Part shown: positions 10,385 through 20,765 of the stretch, in pieces
Layout: every line of letters starts with the position of its first letter
Position numbering within the stretch: the first letter of the stretch is position 1
Source: Verrucomicrobiota bacterium
Lineage (GTDB): Bacteria; Verrucomicrobiota; Verrucomicrobiia; Chthoniobacterales; JACTMZ01
Length of the DNA stretch: 64,000 nucleotides
NCBI GenBank assembly: GCA_027624625.1
Contig: JAQBWH010000002.1
Location: 24,271 to 88,270, forward strand
Reading direction: 5' to 3'
Notes under the pieces: generated by a model
Told to the model about the DNA's origin: nothing
Database searches by the model: none
Seen by the model: only the letters and a program-made list of their open reading frames with translations
Translations under genes and position numbers: made by a program

Positions 10385-11119
10385 TTACCCGGCAACCCGC
10401 GGTGCGACTCTGCGCCGGATGCGGTTCATCACTTCGGTGGCGCGGCGGCGAGAGACGGACAATTCGGTGCCGTCATGCAGCACGAGGCGGAGCCCTCGTT
10501 GTCCGCTGCCGCTCCAGGCTTGCACCGCGGATGGGTTGACGGCCTGGCGGCGGTTGAGCCGGATCAATTGGTCGTTCGGCAACTCGGCAAGCAGACCCTC
10601 GAGGGTGCGGCGCACCAGTCCGCGGCCCCGCTCATGGACAACTTCAATGTAGTTGCCGTCGGCCTTGAGCAGACGAATGGAATCCATAGCCACGCGCACA
10701 TGGCGTCCGCGCTCCTCGATTTCCAGCGTGCCATTTTGCCTATCGCCACTTTGCCGCCGAAGGATTTCCCGCGCCCGCTCGATGGCCCGCCGGCAGCGGT
10801 CTTCCTCGACCGGTTTGAGCAGGTAGTCTGCGGCACCCACTTCGAAAGCACGGATGGCAAATTGCGCGTAGGCGGTGGTGAAGATAACGCAGGTCTGCAT
10901 GGTATCAATTTCGTCCAAGGCGGTGAATCCGTTGGCTCCCGGCAATTGGATATCCAGGAAGACGAGGTCCGGACGGTGGCGCCGCGCGAGTTGTTGCGCG
11001 GCGATGGCATCGGAAGCTTGCGCCACGACGTTCACCTGGCCGATGGATGCGAGCACTTGGAGCAGGTCGCGGCGGGCGGCGGGTTCGTCGTCGACGACCA
11101 GGGCGGTGAGGGTTTCCAT
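10385..11119 (-). CDS. LytTR-family response regulator
   Basis: REC domain (VVDDE, FLDIQLPG, DYLLKP) plus LytTR domain (ADGNY, RRTL, VSRR). ATG at 11119. Confidence 0.9.
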   Translation of the reverse strand: METLTALVVDDEPAARRDLLQVLASIGQVNVVAQASDAIAAQQLARRHRPDLVFLDIQLPGANGFTALDEIDTMQTCVIFTTAYAQFAIRAFEVGAADYLLKPVEEDRCRRAIERAREILRRQSGDRQNGTLEIEERGRHVRVAMDSIRLLKADGNYIEVVHERGRGLVRRTLEGLLAELPNDQLIRLNRRQAVNPSAVQAWSGSGQRGLRLVLHDGTELSVSRRRATEVMNRIRRRVAPRVAG

Positions 11120-11121
11120 GG

Positions 11122-12966
11122 TCAGGCGGTTGTGCCCGGGGGAGGCTCGGCGGGCAGGTGCAGTGAGGCGGTGACTTCGCCGTCGGCTCCCGAGATGTCG
11201 ATCAAGGCTGCGCTCCCGTAGACGGCCTGCAACCGTGCGCGCGCGATGCCGAGGCCCCCCGGACGGTTGGCCGGCTCGCGCCCGAGTTTGCCCCGGTTGC
11301 ACACGGAGACATCGAGGTATCCGCCGTTGAGGCGCGCGGAGACGATGAGTGGGTGGAGTTGGTCGACCTGGCCGTGCTTGACCGCGTTTTCGACAAAGTT
11401 AAGCAGGGTCATAGGGGGGACACGGGCATGGTAGGCCGCGCCTTCAATCTCGACGAGGCGCGGCAGGTCACGCTCGAATCGCATGGCTTGCAGGGCGAGA
11501 AAATCTTCGCAGAGCTGCCATTCGTCGAGCAACGGGATGGTTTCGCGAGACTGCGCGGTGGTGCTGTCCCGCAGGAAGCGCGCAAGATGGTCGATGAAAG
11601 CGCGGGCGCGTTCGGGATCGGCGCGCACGATGCCGCGCATCGCGGCGAGGCAATTGAAAAGCAGGTGCGGGGCGAGGCTGGCCCGCAGGTTGCGCAGTTC
11701 GATTTCCGACTGCCACGCTCGGCGCCGCGCCTGTTCGAGGGAGAGGCGTTCGGAAAGGTCGAAAACGACGCCGTTGGCCGCACTGGCTCGTCCGGAAGGG
11801 AGCCGTTGCGACACTTCCCAGAAAGAGAGCACGGGCCGCCCCTCGATTTCCGTCTCGCGTGTGCCGTGGTCCTGATCCGCATCAAACAGCATCTCCGGGG
11901 CGATCCGCGAAACCGGCTCCTTGGCGAGCAGGCCTCCGTTGCCGATCCGGTCGAAGCACAAGCCCTCTGCCTCTTCCCATGCCCAAACCTGGAGTCCGGC
12001 ACTGGCCGTACCGCGCGCGGCGAAATTAAGCCGGCGCCGGTAATGATCGACCATGGCGGCGATGCCCAAGGTGGAAACCGCAATGAAGGCGAGGAAGAGA
12101 TACATGGATCGATAAACCCCGGCCCCTTGGCCCAGGTCGGCGAAGGGGCCGCTGCTCTGGAGGACGGAGAATCCGATGAGCAGCGACTCCGCGGCAACGA
12201 GCGGTGCTGCTCCCCGCAGTCCGAGAACAGCCGCGGCAGCGAGCAGCGGGAGAAAGAGAAGGTAAGGAGGCAGACCGAATGAGGTGAAAAAGACAAGCCA
12301 TCCCGTTCCCAGACAGAGCGGCCCGAGAACAAGCATGCGCCGCCACCAGGCAGAGTCCGGAGCCTGCGTCCAGACCGCGAAAGCGGGGGCGAGCAGCGCG
12401 ATACCGCTGCCGTTGGCCAAAACAAAGGTCGCCAATTCCTGTCCGAACTGCTGACCGAGGATGGTTTCGTCGGCGAAGAGCAAGCCGGCGCCGAGGAACC
12501 CGTTGAGCAAGGCGGGCAACCATGGGATGACGACAAGGAAGACGAGGCACCCGCGCAAGTCGGTCAGCCGGGGCCGAGGTCCGAGAAAAAGGGACGCCAG
12601 CCAGTAAGCGGCCAAAGATTCCAAGGCAAGGCCGAGCGGTCCCAGCCAGGTGAGCAAAGCAGGCAAGCCCCACATCGCATTGTGCAAGACGAGGCCGGCA
12701 TAGACGCCGAGCGCCATCCATGGTCCACCAAGCAGAATGCATCCCGCGGCCACTCCCGAGAGCGGCCAAAAAGGACTAAAAAAAATATCACCGCGGGTGA
12801 AGATTAGTCCCACAGAACCGGCCACCATGCTGGTCAGTGCGGTCAAGACCAAATGAGCCCAGACCCGCGACCGCTGGAAAGTGCGGAGAGGAGACGCCTC
12901 CGCAAGAAGGGCTGCCGAGGACGATTGCACTGCTTGGTCAGACCAAAATCGCGAGGCAAGCGTCAA
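11122..12966 (-). CDS. LytS/YehU-type sensor histidine kinase with multi-TM (MASE1-like) input
   Basis: About 9 hydrophobic helices, SLAPHLLFNCL His box, LLNFVENAVKHG N box, GLGIARARL G box. Start uncertain. Confidence 0.82.
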   Translation of the reverse strand: MTLASRFWSDQAVQSSSAALLAEASPLRTFQRSRVWAHLVLTALTSMVAGSVGLIFTRGDIFFSPFWPLSGVAAGCILLGGPWMALGVYAGLVLHNAMWGLPALLTWLGPLGLALESLAAYWLASLFLGPRPRLTDLRGCLVFLVVIPWLPALLNGFLGAGLLFADETILGQQFGQELATFVLANGSGIALLAPAFAVWTQAPDSAWWRRMLVLGPLCLGTGWLVFFTSFGLPPYLLFLPLLAAAAVLGLRGAAPLVAAESLLIGFSVLQSSGPFADLGQGAGVYRSMYLFLAFIAVSTLGIAAMVDHYRRRLNFAARGTASAGLQVWAWEEAEGLCFDRIGNGGLLAKEPVSRIAPEMLFDADQDHGTRETEIEGRPVLSFWEVSQRLPSGRASAANGVVFDLSERLSLEQARRRAWQSEIELRNLRASLAPHLLFNCLAAMRGIVRADPERARAFIDHLARFLRDSTTAQSRETIPLLDEWQLCEDFLALQAMRFERDLPRLVEIEGAAYHARVPPMTLLNFVENAVKHGQVDQLHPLIVSARLNGGYLDVSVCNRGKLGREPANRPGGLGIARARLQAVYGSAALIDISGADGEVTASLHLPAEPPPGTTA

Positions 12967-13240
12967 CGGTTAATGGTAGTTGCTCGCTGGGGATTAAATC
13001 AAAAAATCGTCTTAACGGGTTAGAATTGAATAATTAACACATGATTGCGACCGCTTGTCACTTTTTCACCGCCATTCGTCCCATGGCCCGCTCGTCCCGC
13101 GGATTGCGGGGACAGACTGCCTTTGGTTAGGCGCAAGTCTGCCTTGTTCTTTGTTGGTTGTCGGGCGCAAGCCCGGCCAACGCCAATGTGGGTCGGGCGC
13201 CCGCTGGGGCGGAGCGTCCGGTCTTCTAGCGTAGTGAGCG

Positions 13241-13270
13241 GCGCCACGGTGGGTTTACCTGCCGTGGCGC
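13241..13270. terminator. GC-rich hairpin downstream of tilS
   Basis: gcgccacgg (13241-49) and ccgtggcgc (13262-70) form a perfect 9-bp stem just past the tilS stop; no U tract. Confidence 0.4.
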
Positions 13271-13286
13271 TTGTCATTTGGTCTCC

Positions 13287-14252
13287 CTACGCTTGCGCGA
13301 CGAACAACTTTCCGGCCCGTCGGCGCAGGTGGCGGCCGCGCGGCAGATTGAGTTTGGCTGGTTGGCCGGAGGAAAGCGCCAACTGGCGTGCGGCCTCGAT
13401 GGTTTCGAAATCCACGCTGGTCCCGGTGTGTGCACCGAGCCAGCTACGGAGCAACCGGCGTTGATGGGCCAGCGTTTTGCTCCGCAGGCTGCGGAGTTCG
13501 AGTTGAGCGAGGCTTGCTTCGGGTGCGACGAGGCTCCCGATCCATTCTTCTTCCGCCGCGAGGATTTCCGCGGTGCGGGCCAGGGCGGGTACGGGGTCGA
13601 ATCCCATGGCTTGGGTCAGGGCGGGCAGCACATCGCGGCGCAGGCGATTGCGGGTGAATTTCCGCGAAGCGTTCGATGTGTCCTCGCGCCATGCGAGCTT
13701 GCGGGCGCGGGCATAAGCGGTGATTTCGGCCCGGGTGAATCCAAGGAGGGGACGCACGATGGTGGCACCGCTATTTTCCAGCGGCACCTCGCCCCGCAGG
13801 CTGCTCAAGCCGCGGCGTCCCGCCCCCCGCGCGAGGTGGAAGAGCAGGGTTTCCGCGGCATCGCCGGCGTGGTGGGCCAGGAAAACAGTGGTGGCGTCAT
13901 GTTTGGCCGCCGCCCGGGCGAAGAAGCGCCGCCGTAATTCGCGGGCCGCTTCCTCCAGCGATTCTTTGTTTTTTGCGGCGCGTGTTCTGGCCCGGCCGCG
14001 GCCACAGGCGAACCGGGCGCCGGCCGTAGCGGCCAGTTGGCGCACGAATTTCTCGTCACGATCCGCGGCCTTCCCGCGCAGACCGTGGTGGAAATGGGCC
14101 ACGACGAGTCGGGGGAAACCCGCCCGCTGGAGAAGATCGAACAGGACGACCGAATCGATTCCACCGGAAAGACCGACCAGCGCGCACTGCGCGGGGCAGA
14201 CCCTTTCCATCCGGCGGAGGAAGCGCGGCAGGAGTTCGGCCGCTTTTTTCAC
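13287..14252 (-). CDS. tilS: tRNA(Ile)-lysidine synthetase
   Basis: VGLSGGIDS PP-loop, EEAARELR, AHHAGDAAET, DTSN..RNRLR. Confidence 0.93.
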   Translation of the reverse strand: MKKAAELLPRFLRRMERVCPAQCALVGLSGGIDSVVLFDLLQRAGFPRLVVAHFHHGLRGKAADRDEKFVRQLAATAGARFACGRGRARTRAAKNKESLEEAARELRRRFFARAAAKHDATTVFLAHHAGDAAETLLFHLARGAGRRGLSSLRGEVPLENSGATIVRPLLGFTRAEITAYARARKLAWREDTSNASRKFTRNRLRRDVLPALTQAMGFDPVPALARTAEILAAEEEWIGSLVAPEASLAQLELRSLRSKTLAHQRRLLRSWLGAHTGTSVDFETIEAARQLALSSGQPAKLNLPRGRHLRRRAGKLFVAQA

Positions 14253-14255
14253 GGG

Positions 14256-15524
14256 TCAGGAAAGTTTGGCCGCTCCGAAATAGGGCTGGAGGAGTTCCGG
14301 AAGGTGCACCGAACCATCGGGCTGCTGGCCGTTTTCAAGCAGTGCGACATAGAGCCGGGCCAGTGCGGTGCCGGAACCGTTGATGGTGTGGCAGAAGATA
14401 TTTTTGCCGTCCGCCCCCCTGAAGCGCAGGCCCATGCGGCGTGCCTGATAGTCGCCGAAATTCGAGCAACTGGAAACCTCGAGCCAGCCTTGGTGGCCCG
14501 GGGCCCAGACTTCAATGTCATAAGTGCGGAGCGCGCTGAAGCCGAGGTCGCCGCCGCAAAGCTCGATCACGCGATAGGGCAGCCCGAGCAATTGCAGCAC
14601 GCGTTCGGCGTCGGCGGTGAGCGATTCGAGGCCGGCCGCGGAATGTTCCGGCATGGTGATGGTGACCAGCTCGACTTTGTCGAACTGGTGCATGCGAATG
14701 AGGCCGCGCGTTTCGCGGCCGGCCGAGCCGGCTTCGCGGCGGAAGCACGGGGTGTAGGCCGCGTATTTGAGGGGCAGCTTTTCCACAGGGAGGATTTCCT
14801 CGCGGTGGAAATTCGTCACTGGGACTTCGGCTGTGGGAATGAGGAAGAGGTCGCTTCCGGCCACCCCGAAGAGATCGGCCTCGAATTTGGGCAGTTGTCC
14901 CGTGCCGGTCATGGTCGCACGATTGACCAGAAACGGCGGGCTCATTTCGGTGTAGCCGTGGTCGCGCGTGTGCAGGTCGAGCAGGAAAGAAATGAGCGCC
15001 CGTTCGAGCCGTGCGCCCTGCCCGGTGTAGCAAATGAACCCACTCCCGCTGATTTTCGCCGCGCGCTCGGCATCGAATAACCCGAGCCGTGTGCCGATCG
15101 CCATGTGGTCCCGGGCACCGGGGAGTTCCGGCGGCTCGCCCCAAGTGCGGAGGACGGGGTTGGCCCCGGCGTCCTGGCCGGCCGGGATTGCATCGTGCGG
15201 CGTGTTGGGGATGGAGAGCAGCAGTTCGCGTTGTTTTTCCTCCGCCGCAGTCGAGGCGAGTTGCAGGGCTTCCATTTCCGCGCCCATCTTTTTCGCTGCC
15301 GCTTCCAAGGCGGTGCTGTCCTCCTTTTTCGACCGGAGGGCGCCGATCTCCTTGCTCAGCTGTTTGCGCTCGGATTGCAGGTGCTGCCAGCGGGTCTCGT
15401 TGGCGCGGCGTTCGAGATCGGTGGCGAGCACTTCGTCGACCATGGCTTCCAGCCCCGGGCCGCGGCGGGCGAGGAGGGCTTTGACAGTTTCCGGGGTCTC
15501 CCGGAGGCGGCGGATATCAAGCAT
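14256..15524 (-). CDS. serS: Seryl-tRNA synthetase
   Basis: N-terminal coiled coil, [42 protein letters not shown]. Confidence 0.98.
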   Translation of the reverse strand: MLDIRRLRETPETVKALLARRGPGLEAMVDEVLATDLERRANETRWQHLQSERKQLSKEIGALRSKKEDSTALEAAAKKMGAEMEALQLASTAAEEKQRELLLSIPNTPHDAIPAGQDAGANPVLRTWGEPPELPGARDHMAIGTRLGLFDAERAAKISGSGFICYTGQGARLERALISFLLDLHTRDHGYTEMSPPFLVNRATMTGTGQLPKFEADLFGVAGSDLFLIPTAEVPVTNFHREEILPVEKLPLKYAAYTPCFRREAGSAGRETRGLIRMHQFDKVELVTITMPEHSAAGLESLTADAERVLQLLGLPYRVIELCGGDLGFSALRTYDIEVWAPGHQGWLEVSSCSNFGDYQARRMGLRFRGADGKNIFCHTINGSGTALARLYVALLENGQQPDGSVHLPELLQPYFGAAKLS

Positions 15525-15626
15525 GGTCGGAAGAGCGTAGCGCGGCCGCCGGCCCCCGCCAAGCGGCGGAATCTGTTCGCCGGGTGAGGGGGAGGGAACC
15601 TATCATTCCGGGACAATTTTTGGCCT

Positions 15627-16562
15627 GTGGAATTTCGCGACTACTACAAAACCCTCGGCGTGGCCAAAACGGCCACGGCCGACGAAATCAAGAAGGCCTT
15701 CCGCAAGCTGGCCCGCCAGCACCATCCCGATCTGGCCAAGGACAAAAAAACGGCCGAGGAAAAATTCAAAGAGATCAACGAGGCCTACGAGGTTCTCAGC
15801 GATGCGGAGAAACGGAAAAAATACGATGAACTCGGTCCGAATTGGCAGCAGGCCGGCGGCGGGTTCCGTCCGCCTCCGGGTGGCGGCGGTTTCCCCGGTG
15901 GCTATGGCGGCTATGGCCCCGGCGCGGGCGACGAGGAGTTCCAATTCGGCGGCACGGGCTTCAGCGATTTTTTCGAGGCATTTTTCGGACGTTCGGCGCG
16001 CGGCGGTCGCCGCGGCAGCGCCTTCCACGGCGAGGACACCCCATTGCGCGGGCAGGATGCCGAAGCCGACATCATGGTCACGCTGGAGGAAGCGCTGCAT
16101 GGATCGACGCGGCAGATTTCCTTCACCCGCGGCCGCTCCGGCAAGGTCGAGACCTACACCGTGAAAATCCCCAAGGGGGTGGCCGAGGGACAGCGGATCC
16201 GCTTGGCCGGCATCGGTGGCGAGGGCAGCGGGGGCGGCCAGGCCGGCGACCTGTATCTGCGCGCGCGCTTCGAGCGTCATCCGGAGTTTACGGTGGAAGG
16301 CACCGATATCGTCCACGAAGTCGAATTGCCCGTCACGCAGGCGGTGCTCGGCGGGGAAATCATGATTCCCACCTTGGACGGACGAGCCAAGCTGAAGATT
16401 CCGCCCCTCACCCAGAACGGCCGCAAATTCCGCATCCCGGGCCGGGGCATGCCGCAACGTGGCGGCACGCGCGGGGATTTTTATGCCGTGGTCGACGTGG
16501 AATTGCCCGTGGCGCTGTCCGATGGGCAACGTGCGGCCTGGGAAGCCTTGGCCAAAACCTGA
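15627..16562 (+). CDS. DnaJ-class II co-chaperone (CbpA-like)
   Basis: J domain [14 protein letters not shown]-rich linker, C-terminal domain, no zinc finger. Confidence 0.9.
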   Translation: MEFRDYYKTLGVAKTATADEIKKAFRKLARQHHPDLAKDKKTAEEKFKEINEAYEVLSDAEKRKKYDELGPNWQQAGGGFRPPPGGGGFPGGYGGYGPGAGDEEFQFGGTGFSDFFEAFFGRSARGGRRGSAFHGEDTPLRGQDAEADIMVTLEEALHGSTRQISFTRGRSGKVETYTVKIPKGVAEGQRIRLAGIGGEGSGGGQAGDLYLRARFERHPEFTVEGTDIVHEVELPVTQAVLGGEIMIPTLDGRAKLKIPPLTQNGRKFRIPGRGMPQRGGTRGDFYAVVDVELPVALSDGQRAAWEALAKT

Positions 16563-16568
16563 GTGCCA

Positions 16569-17591
16569 ATGTCCGACCTGACTGACATCGCTTCGCTCCG
16601 CGTCGTGGCCCGTGCCGGGCGTGCCGGAGCCGTTTTGCCGGTCCTGGTCGAGACGGTGACGGAAAAAGCGTCCAAGGATGGCAAGCCGTTCCTCGAAGTC
16701 CAATTGGTCGATGCGCGCGACCGTTTTGTCCTGCGGGTCTGGTCGGACAGCGGACAGTACACCGCCGCGCAGGAACTGGCGACCGGCGCCTGTCTCAAGC
16801 TCGAAGGCGAATTCACCGTGCACCCGCAATTTGGTCTCGAAGCCAAGCGCTGGAGCTTTGCCCCCCTGAGCGGTGCGGAAAAAGACGAGTTCCTCGCCGG
16901 TCCGGCCGACCTGCGGGCCCGGCAGGATGAGGATTACAAATGCATCGAGTCCACGGTCGCGGCGCTGCAGGACCCGAGGCTGAGAGAATTGGGTCAAAGT
17001 TTCCTCCAAAAATTCGGCCCCCGCTTCCGTCGTACGGCGGCCGCCCGTTTTTTCCATCACGCGCGGCGCGGCGGATTGATCGAGCATGTGGCGCAGATGA
17101 TGCGCTACGCGGATGCGGTCTGTGCCGCCAATACCTCACTGCACCGCGACCTGCTGCAAGCAGGGGTTCTCTTCCACGACTGCGGCAAGCTTTGGGAAAA
17201 CTGTATGGAGGAGGACGGTTTCGCCATGCCGTTCGACGAACGGGGCGAGTTGCTCGGTCACATCAATATCGGGATTGAACTGGTCAACACCCTCTGGAGA
17301 ACCCTTCCGCTCGAAGATTGGCAAGACCTCCAACCGGAGAGCGAAGACGTGCGCCTCCATTTGCTGCACCTCATTGCCGCGCACCATGGCGAGCTTCAAT
17401 TCGGCTCACCCGTCCAACCGAAGACACCCGAGGCCGTCGCGCTGCATTACATCGACAACCTCGACGCCAAGCTCGAGATGCTGGCCCGCGGCTACGAGGG
17501 CGGGCCGACCGTCGCCGGGCGTATTTATGACAAGGTCAAGCCCCTCAATGTCCGCCTTGTCGCGCCTTTGGGGCTCCCGCCCCGGGCATGA
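16569..17591 (+). CDS. OB-fold + HD domain 3'-5' exoribonuclease (YhaM/Cbf1-like)
   Basis: N-terminal OB fold, HHARRGGLIEH, FHDCGK, GHI, AHHG, IDNLDAK. Confidence 0.85.
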   Translation: MSDLTDIASLRVVARAGRAGAVLPVLVETVTEKASKDGKPFLEVQLVDARDRFVLRVWSDSGQYTAAQELATGACLKLEGEFTVHPQFGLEAKRWSFAPLSGAEKDEFLAGPADLRARQDEDYKCIESTVAALQDPRLRELGQSFLQKFGPRFRRTAAARFFHHARRGGLIEHVAQMMRYADAVCAANTSLHRDLLQAGVLFHDCGKLWENCMEEDGFAMPFDERGELLGHINIGIELVNTLWRTLPLEDWQDLQPESEDVRLHLLHLIAAHHGELQFGSPVQPKTPEAVALHYIDNLDAKLEMLARGYEGGPTVAGRIYDKVKPLNVRLVAPLGLPPRA

Positions 17592-18844
17592 GACACGCCG
17601 GCCTGTTTGTCGCGCTACTGGCTAGTCTTCTGCCGGTGCAGGCCGAACCACCCGCCACCGCCGGGATGAACACGACGGCCGGCGCGCCGATTTTTCCGGA
17701 GGAAGGCACACTCTGGGACGAACAGGCCGATGTTGTCGCGAAGCGTCTTGGTCTCCCGGTGGAATCGCGCGCTCCCGGCGATGCGAGTTACCGGCTTTAT
17801 CCCCCGGAGGAGGCGCGCCTTTTCGGTTGTCGTCCGCACTCGGTGTCACTCTCTGCCCGGGAGGGCAAGCCCGTGGCCCTCAATATCATTTTTGCCAACA
17901 AAGGGGATTCGGTCGGCCAGTTCGTCCGCACTGGTCCGGGTGAACGTCCCCGTTCGGCCGCGCAGGTCCTCCGCGATTACGGCAAGGCCATCACGGCTGA
18001 TGACGAAGCGCTCGATGCGGTGCTCGGCGATCTGCTTGGTCCGGCCGCGGCGGAGAAAACCGGGGCGGGCGGCAAAATGCAGGAACGCAGCCGCCGGCGC
18101 GACTGGAACGGCCATGCCCTGCAACTGGTCTCCGTGCGCGAAGAATACGTCGCCCTGCGCATTGTCCCCGTGGAAGAGGCGGGCGATCGGCCGCGCGCGG
18201 AGCGCATGACGGACCAAGAATTGCGGGCCCGGCTGGCCGAGCACGTCGAGCGCCGCCCGAACGGCGACGTTGTTATACGCGATATTCCGATGGTCGACCA
18301 AGGACCGAAGGGCTTTTGTGTCCCGGCCACCATGGAACGGATGCTCCGTCATCTCGGCATTCCGTCGGATATGTATTTGCTGGCCATGGCGGCGAACACC
18401 GGGCCGGGCGGAGGAACATCGGTGGCCGACGCGGTGGCGGCCGTCCGCCAGACCGCGCAGCGGCACGGACGGCGCGTGGTCAGCGTTTCCGGCCGGCCGG
18501 CCGGCCGCACGGTTGCTTCTTGGATCGAATCCGGCATTCCGGTTTTGTGGGCCATCGACACCTCTTCGTCGGTTGACGACTTGATCAACCGGCGCACGCG
18601 CCAGCGGGCCGAGGTCGACGATTGGGTGCAATGGAAGGAATCGTTGCGGGAGGCGCGTCGCGCGGCCCGTCAACTGGCCCGCGGCGCGGGCGACGGTCAT
18701 GTCTGCCTGGTCACGGGTTTCAATGCGGAAACCGGAGAAATCGCACTCTCCGACTCGTGGGGCCCGGGTTACGAGGAACGTTGGATAACCGAAGAAGAAG
18801 CTGCCGCCATCTCGCAAGGATCAATGGCTGTCGTCGCCTGGTGA
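17588..18844 (+). CDS. Secreted protein with C-terminal C39-like cysteine peptidase domain
   Basis: Signal peptide; DQGPKGFCVPA (Cys), GHVCLVTG (His), SDSWG. Confidence 0.65.
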   Translation: MRHAGLFVALLASLLPVQAEPPATAGMNTTAGAPIFPEEGTLWDEQADVVAKRLGLPVESRAPGDASYRLYPPEEARLFGCRPHSVSLSAREGKPVALNIIFANKGDSVGQFVRTGPGERPRSAAQVLRDYGKAITADDEALDAVLGDLLGPAAAEKTGAGGKMQERSRRRDWNGHALQLVSVREEYVALRIVPVEEAGDRPRAERMTDQELRARLAEHVERRPNGDVVIRDIPMVDQGPKGFCVPATMERMLRHLGIPSDMYLLAMAANTGPGGGTSVADAVAAVRQTAQRHGRRVVSVSGRPAGRTVASWIESGIPVLWAIDTSSSVDDLINRRTRQRAEVDDWVQWKESLREARRAARQLARGAGDGHVCLVTGFNAETGEIALSDSWGPGYEERWITEEEAAAISQGSMAVVAW

Positions 18845-19878
18845 AATTTCTTTTCCTTATCGTTTTTTTGCTGGCCGCCGCCACGCCAATCCGCGGGGAG
18901 CAAGTGGTCCTGCCGCCGCCGCTGCCGCCCACGAGTACGGTTTTTCTCGCCGAATACCCGCGGGAGGTCCGCGGCGGAAAGTTCGAAGCCTCAGCCGTGG
19001 GCAGGATGGTCGACAGCTTGGTCATGGCGGCCGCCGGCCGTGACAATATCGGCGACGCCTGGCGTGTTTTTGTGCGGCCGCAGGACCGCGTCGGACTCAA
19101 AGTGTCCGCTTCCGGCGCCCCGGTTTCTTCGACCCACCCGGCGGTGGTTGCCGCGGTGGCCGAGGGACTGGTCGCGGCGGGAGTCGCGCCCTCGCGCATC
19201 ATCATCTGGGACCGCGAGTGGGATGACATCAAACGCGCGGACTACGGCGCCCTCGGGCACCGCTTCACCGTCGTCGCGACCGACCGCGTGGGCGGTTACG
19301 ACTCCAAGCAGACGGTCATGGCCGCGGTCATGGGCAAGCTGATCATCGGCGACCGCGATTTCGATCCGTCTCCCTCCGCCGGTCAGACCGCGAGCAAGAG
19401 CCATCTTTCCGTGGTGCTCGGCGCAGTCGATAAGGTGGTTCATTTGCCGGCCTTGACCGACCATTTGTCTTCCGGGGTGAATGGCGCGCTTTCCGGCATG
19501 GTCTTGGACAATCTCGACAATTGGCGTCGCTTGGCCCGTCCTCCCCACTTCGGGGATCCATTCCTGCCCGAGATTTATGCCGATGAGCGGATCGGGGGAA
19601 AAGTCGTGCTGACTATCCTCGATGCCCTGCGCCCGCAGTACGGGGGTGGCCCTTTTCCCGGACCGCAATACACGGCGCAGTACGGCGGGATCTACGCGTC
19701 GCGCGATCCGGTGGCCCTCGATGCCCTGGGACTTGAGTTGCTCGATCGCTTCCGGGGCAAAGGAGGATTGCCGCTGCTGACCAAGGATATTCATTGGATA
19801 ACCTCCGCCGAAACGCTCGGCCTCGGTACGGCCGCCCGCGAAAGGATCCGCTTGCTCCGCGTCGGTCCGCACTTATGA
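18841..19878 (+). CDS. DUF362-like exported protein
   Basis: GTG start overlapping the previous stop; signal peptide, DRVGLKV, THPAVVAAV..GL, ASRDPVALDA. Confidence 0.65.
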   Translation: MKFLFLIVFLLAAATPIRGEQVVLPPPLPPTSTVFLAEYPREVRGGKFEASAVGRMVDSLVMAAAGRDNIGDAWRVFVRPQDRVGLKVSASGAPVSSTHPAVVAAVAEGLVAAGVAPSRIIIWDREWDDIKRADYGALGHRFTVVATDRVGGYDSKQTVMAAVMGKLIIGDRDFDPSPSAGQTASKSHLSVVLGAVDKVVHLPALTDHLSSGVNGALSGMVLDNLDNWRRLARPPHFGDPFLPEIYADERIGGKVVLTILDALRPQYGGGPFPGPQYTAQYGGIYASRDPVALDALGLELLDRFRGKGGLPLLTKDIHWITSAETLGLGTAARERIRLLRVGPHL

Positions 19879-20765
19879 ACGAGAAGGAAATCCTCCGCCG
19901 CACTTCGCGCTCGTTTTACCTAACGATCCGTCTGCTTCCGAAGGTGGTGCGCGAGGATATCGCTTTGGCCTATCTGCTGGCCCGGGCGACAGACACCATT
20001 GCCGATACCTACGTGGTGCCCGTGGCCGAGCGGATGAGTTGGTTGCAAGCCGCGCGCCACGCTGTGCCAAGTGGCAAGTGCTGGGCCGTATCTTGGTGCT
20101 TAGAACAATACGTTCCTGCGGAACGAGAGTTGCTCCGCAATCTTCCTCGCCTGTCTTCCCGCTTGCTCGCCCGTGCCGAACCGGTGCGCGCACTCCTCGG
20201 GCAAGTGATGGATCACATTCTGGCGGGACAAATTTTCGACTTGGAGCGTTTTGGTCCGGGAGCTCTTCCCCTGACGGAAGAAGAATTGACGCGCTACACT
20301 TACTTGGTGGCTGGAAGCGTCGGCGAATTCTGGGACGATCTCTGTCGTCTCAGGCTGCCAAATTATACGACCGCGCCGCCCGATTTGATGCGGGTGCGGG
20401 CGTGCCGTTACGGTCAGGCTTTACAGTTGGTCAATATCCTTCGCGACCGCCAAATGGACGATGCTCTTGGTCGTGTCTATGTGCCTGCCGGCCAGGTAGC
20501 GCAGACCGAGGCTCGCGCCCGGGAAGGACTGGTTGAAGGCGCATCTTACTGCGGAGCCCTCCGTTCGGGTCGTTTGCGCTATGCCACGCTACTGCCCTTC
20601 CTCCTTGGTGGGCGCACATTGTCTCTTGTCTCGGCACAGCAGGACTTCATGATCACGCCGGCCAAGGTCCCGCGTGCCGAATTGCGTCGTTGGATGCAGC
20701 GTGCCTTGCCGGTTTGGTGGTCGCCCGCGGCCGTCGGCCGTTTGGTGCGCCAAGTGTCAGAATAG
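19875..20765 (+). CDS. Squalene/phytoene synthase family protein
   Basis: SRSFYLTI, ARATDTIADT, YTYLVAGSVG, LQLVNILRD, GRVYVP. Confidence 0.85.
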   Translation: MNEKEILRRTSRSFYLTIRLLPKVVREDIALAYLLARATDTIADTYVVPVAERMSWLQAARHAVPSGKCWAVSWCLEQYVPAERELLRNLPRLSSRLLARAEPVRALLGQVMDHILAGQIFDLERFGPGALPLTEEELTRYTYLVAGSVGEFWDDLCRLRLPNYTTAPPDLMRVRACRYGQALQLVNILRDRQMDDALGRVYVPAGQVAQTEARAREGLVEGASYCGALRSGRLRYATLLPFLLGGRTLSLVSAQQDFMITPAKVPRAELRRWMQRALPVWWSPAAVGRLVRQVSE

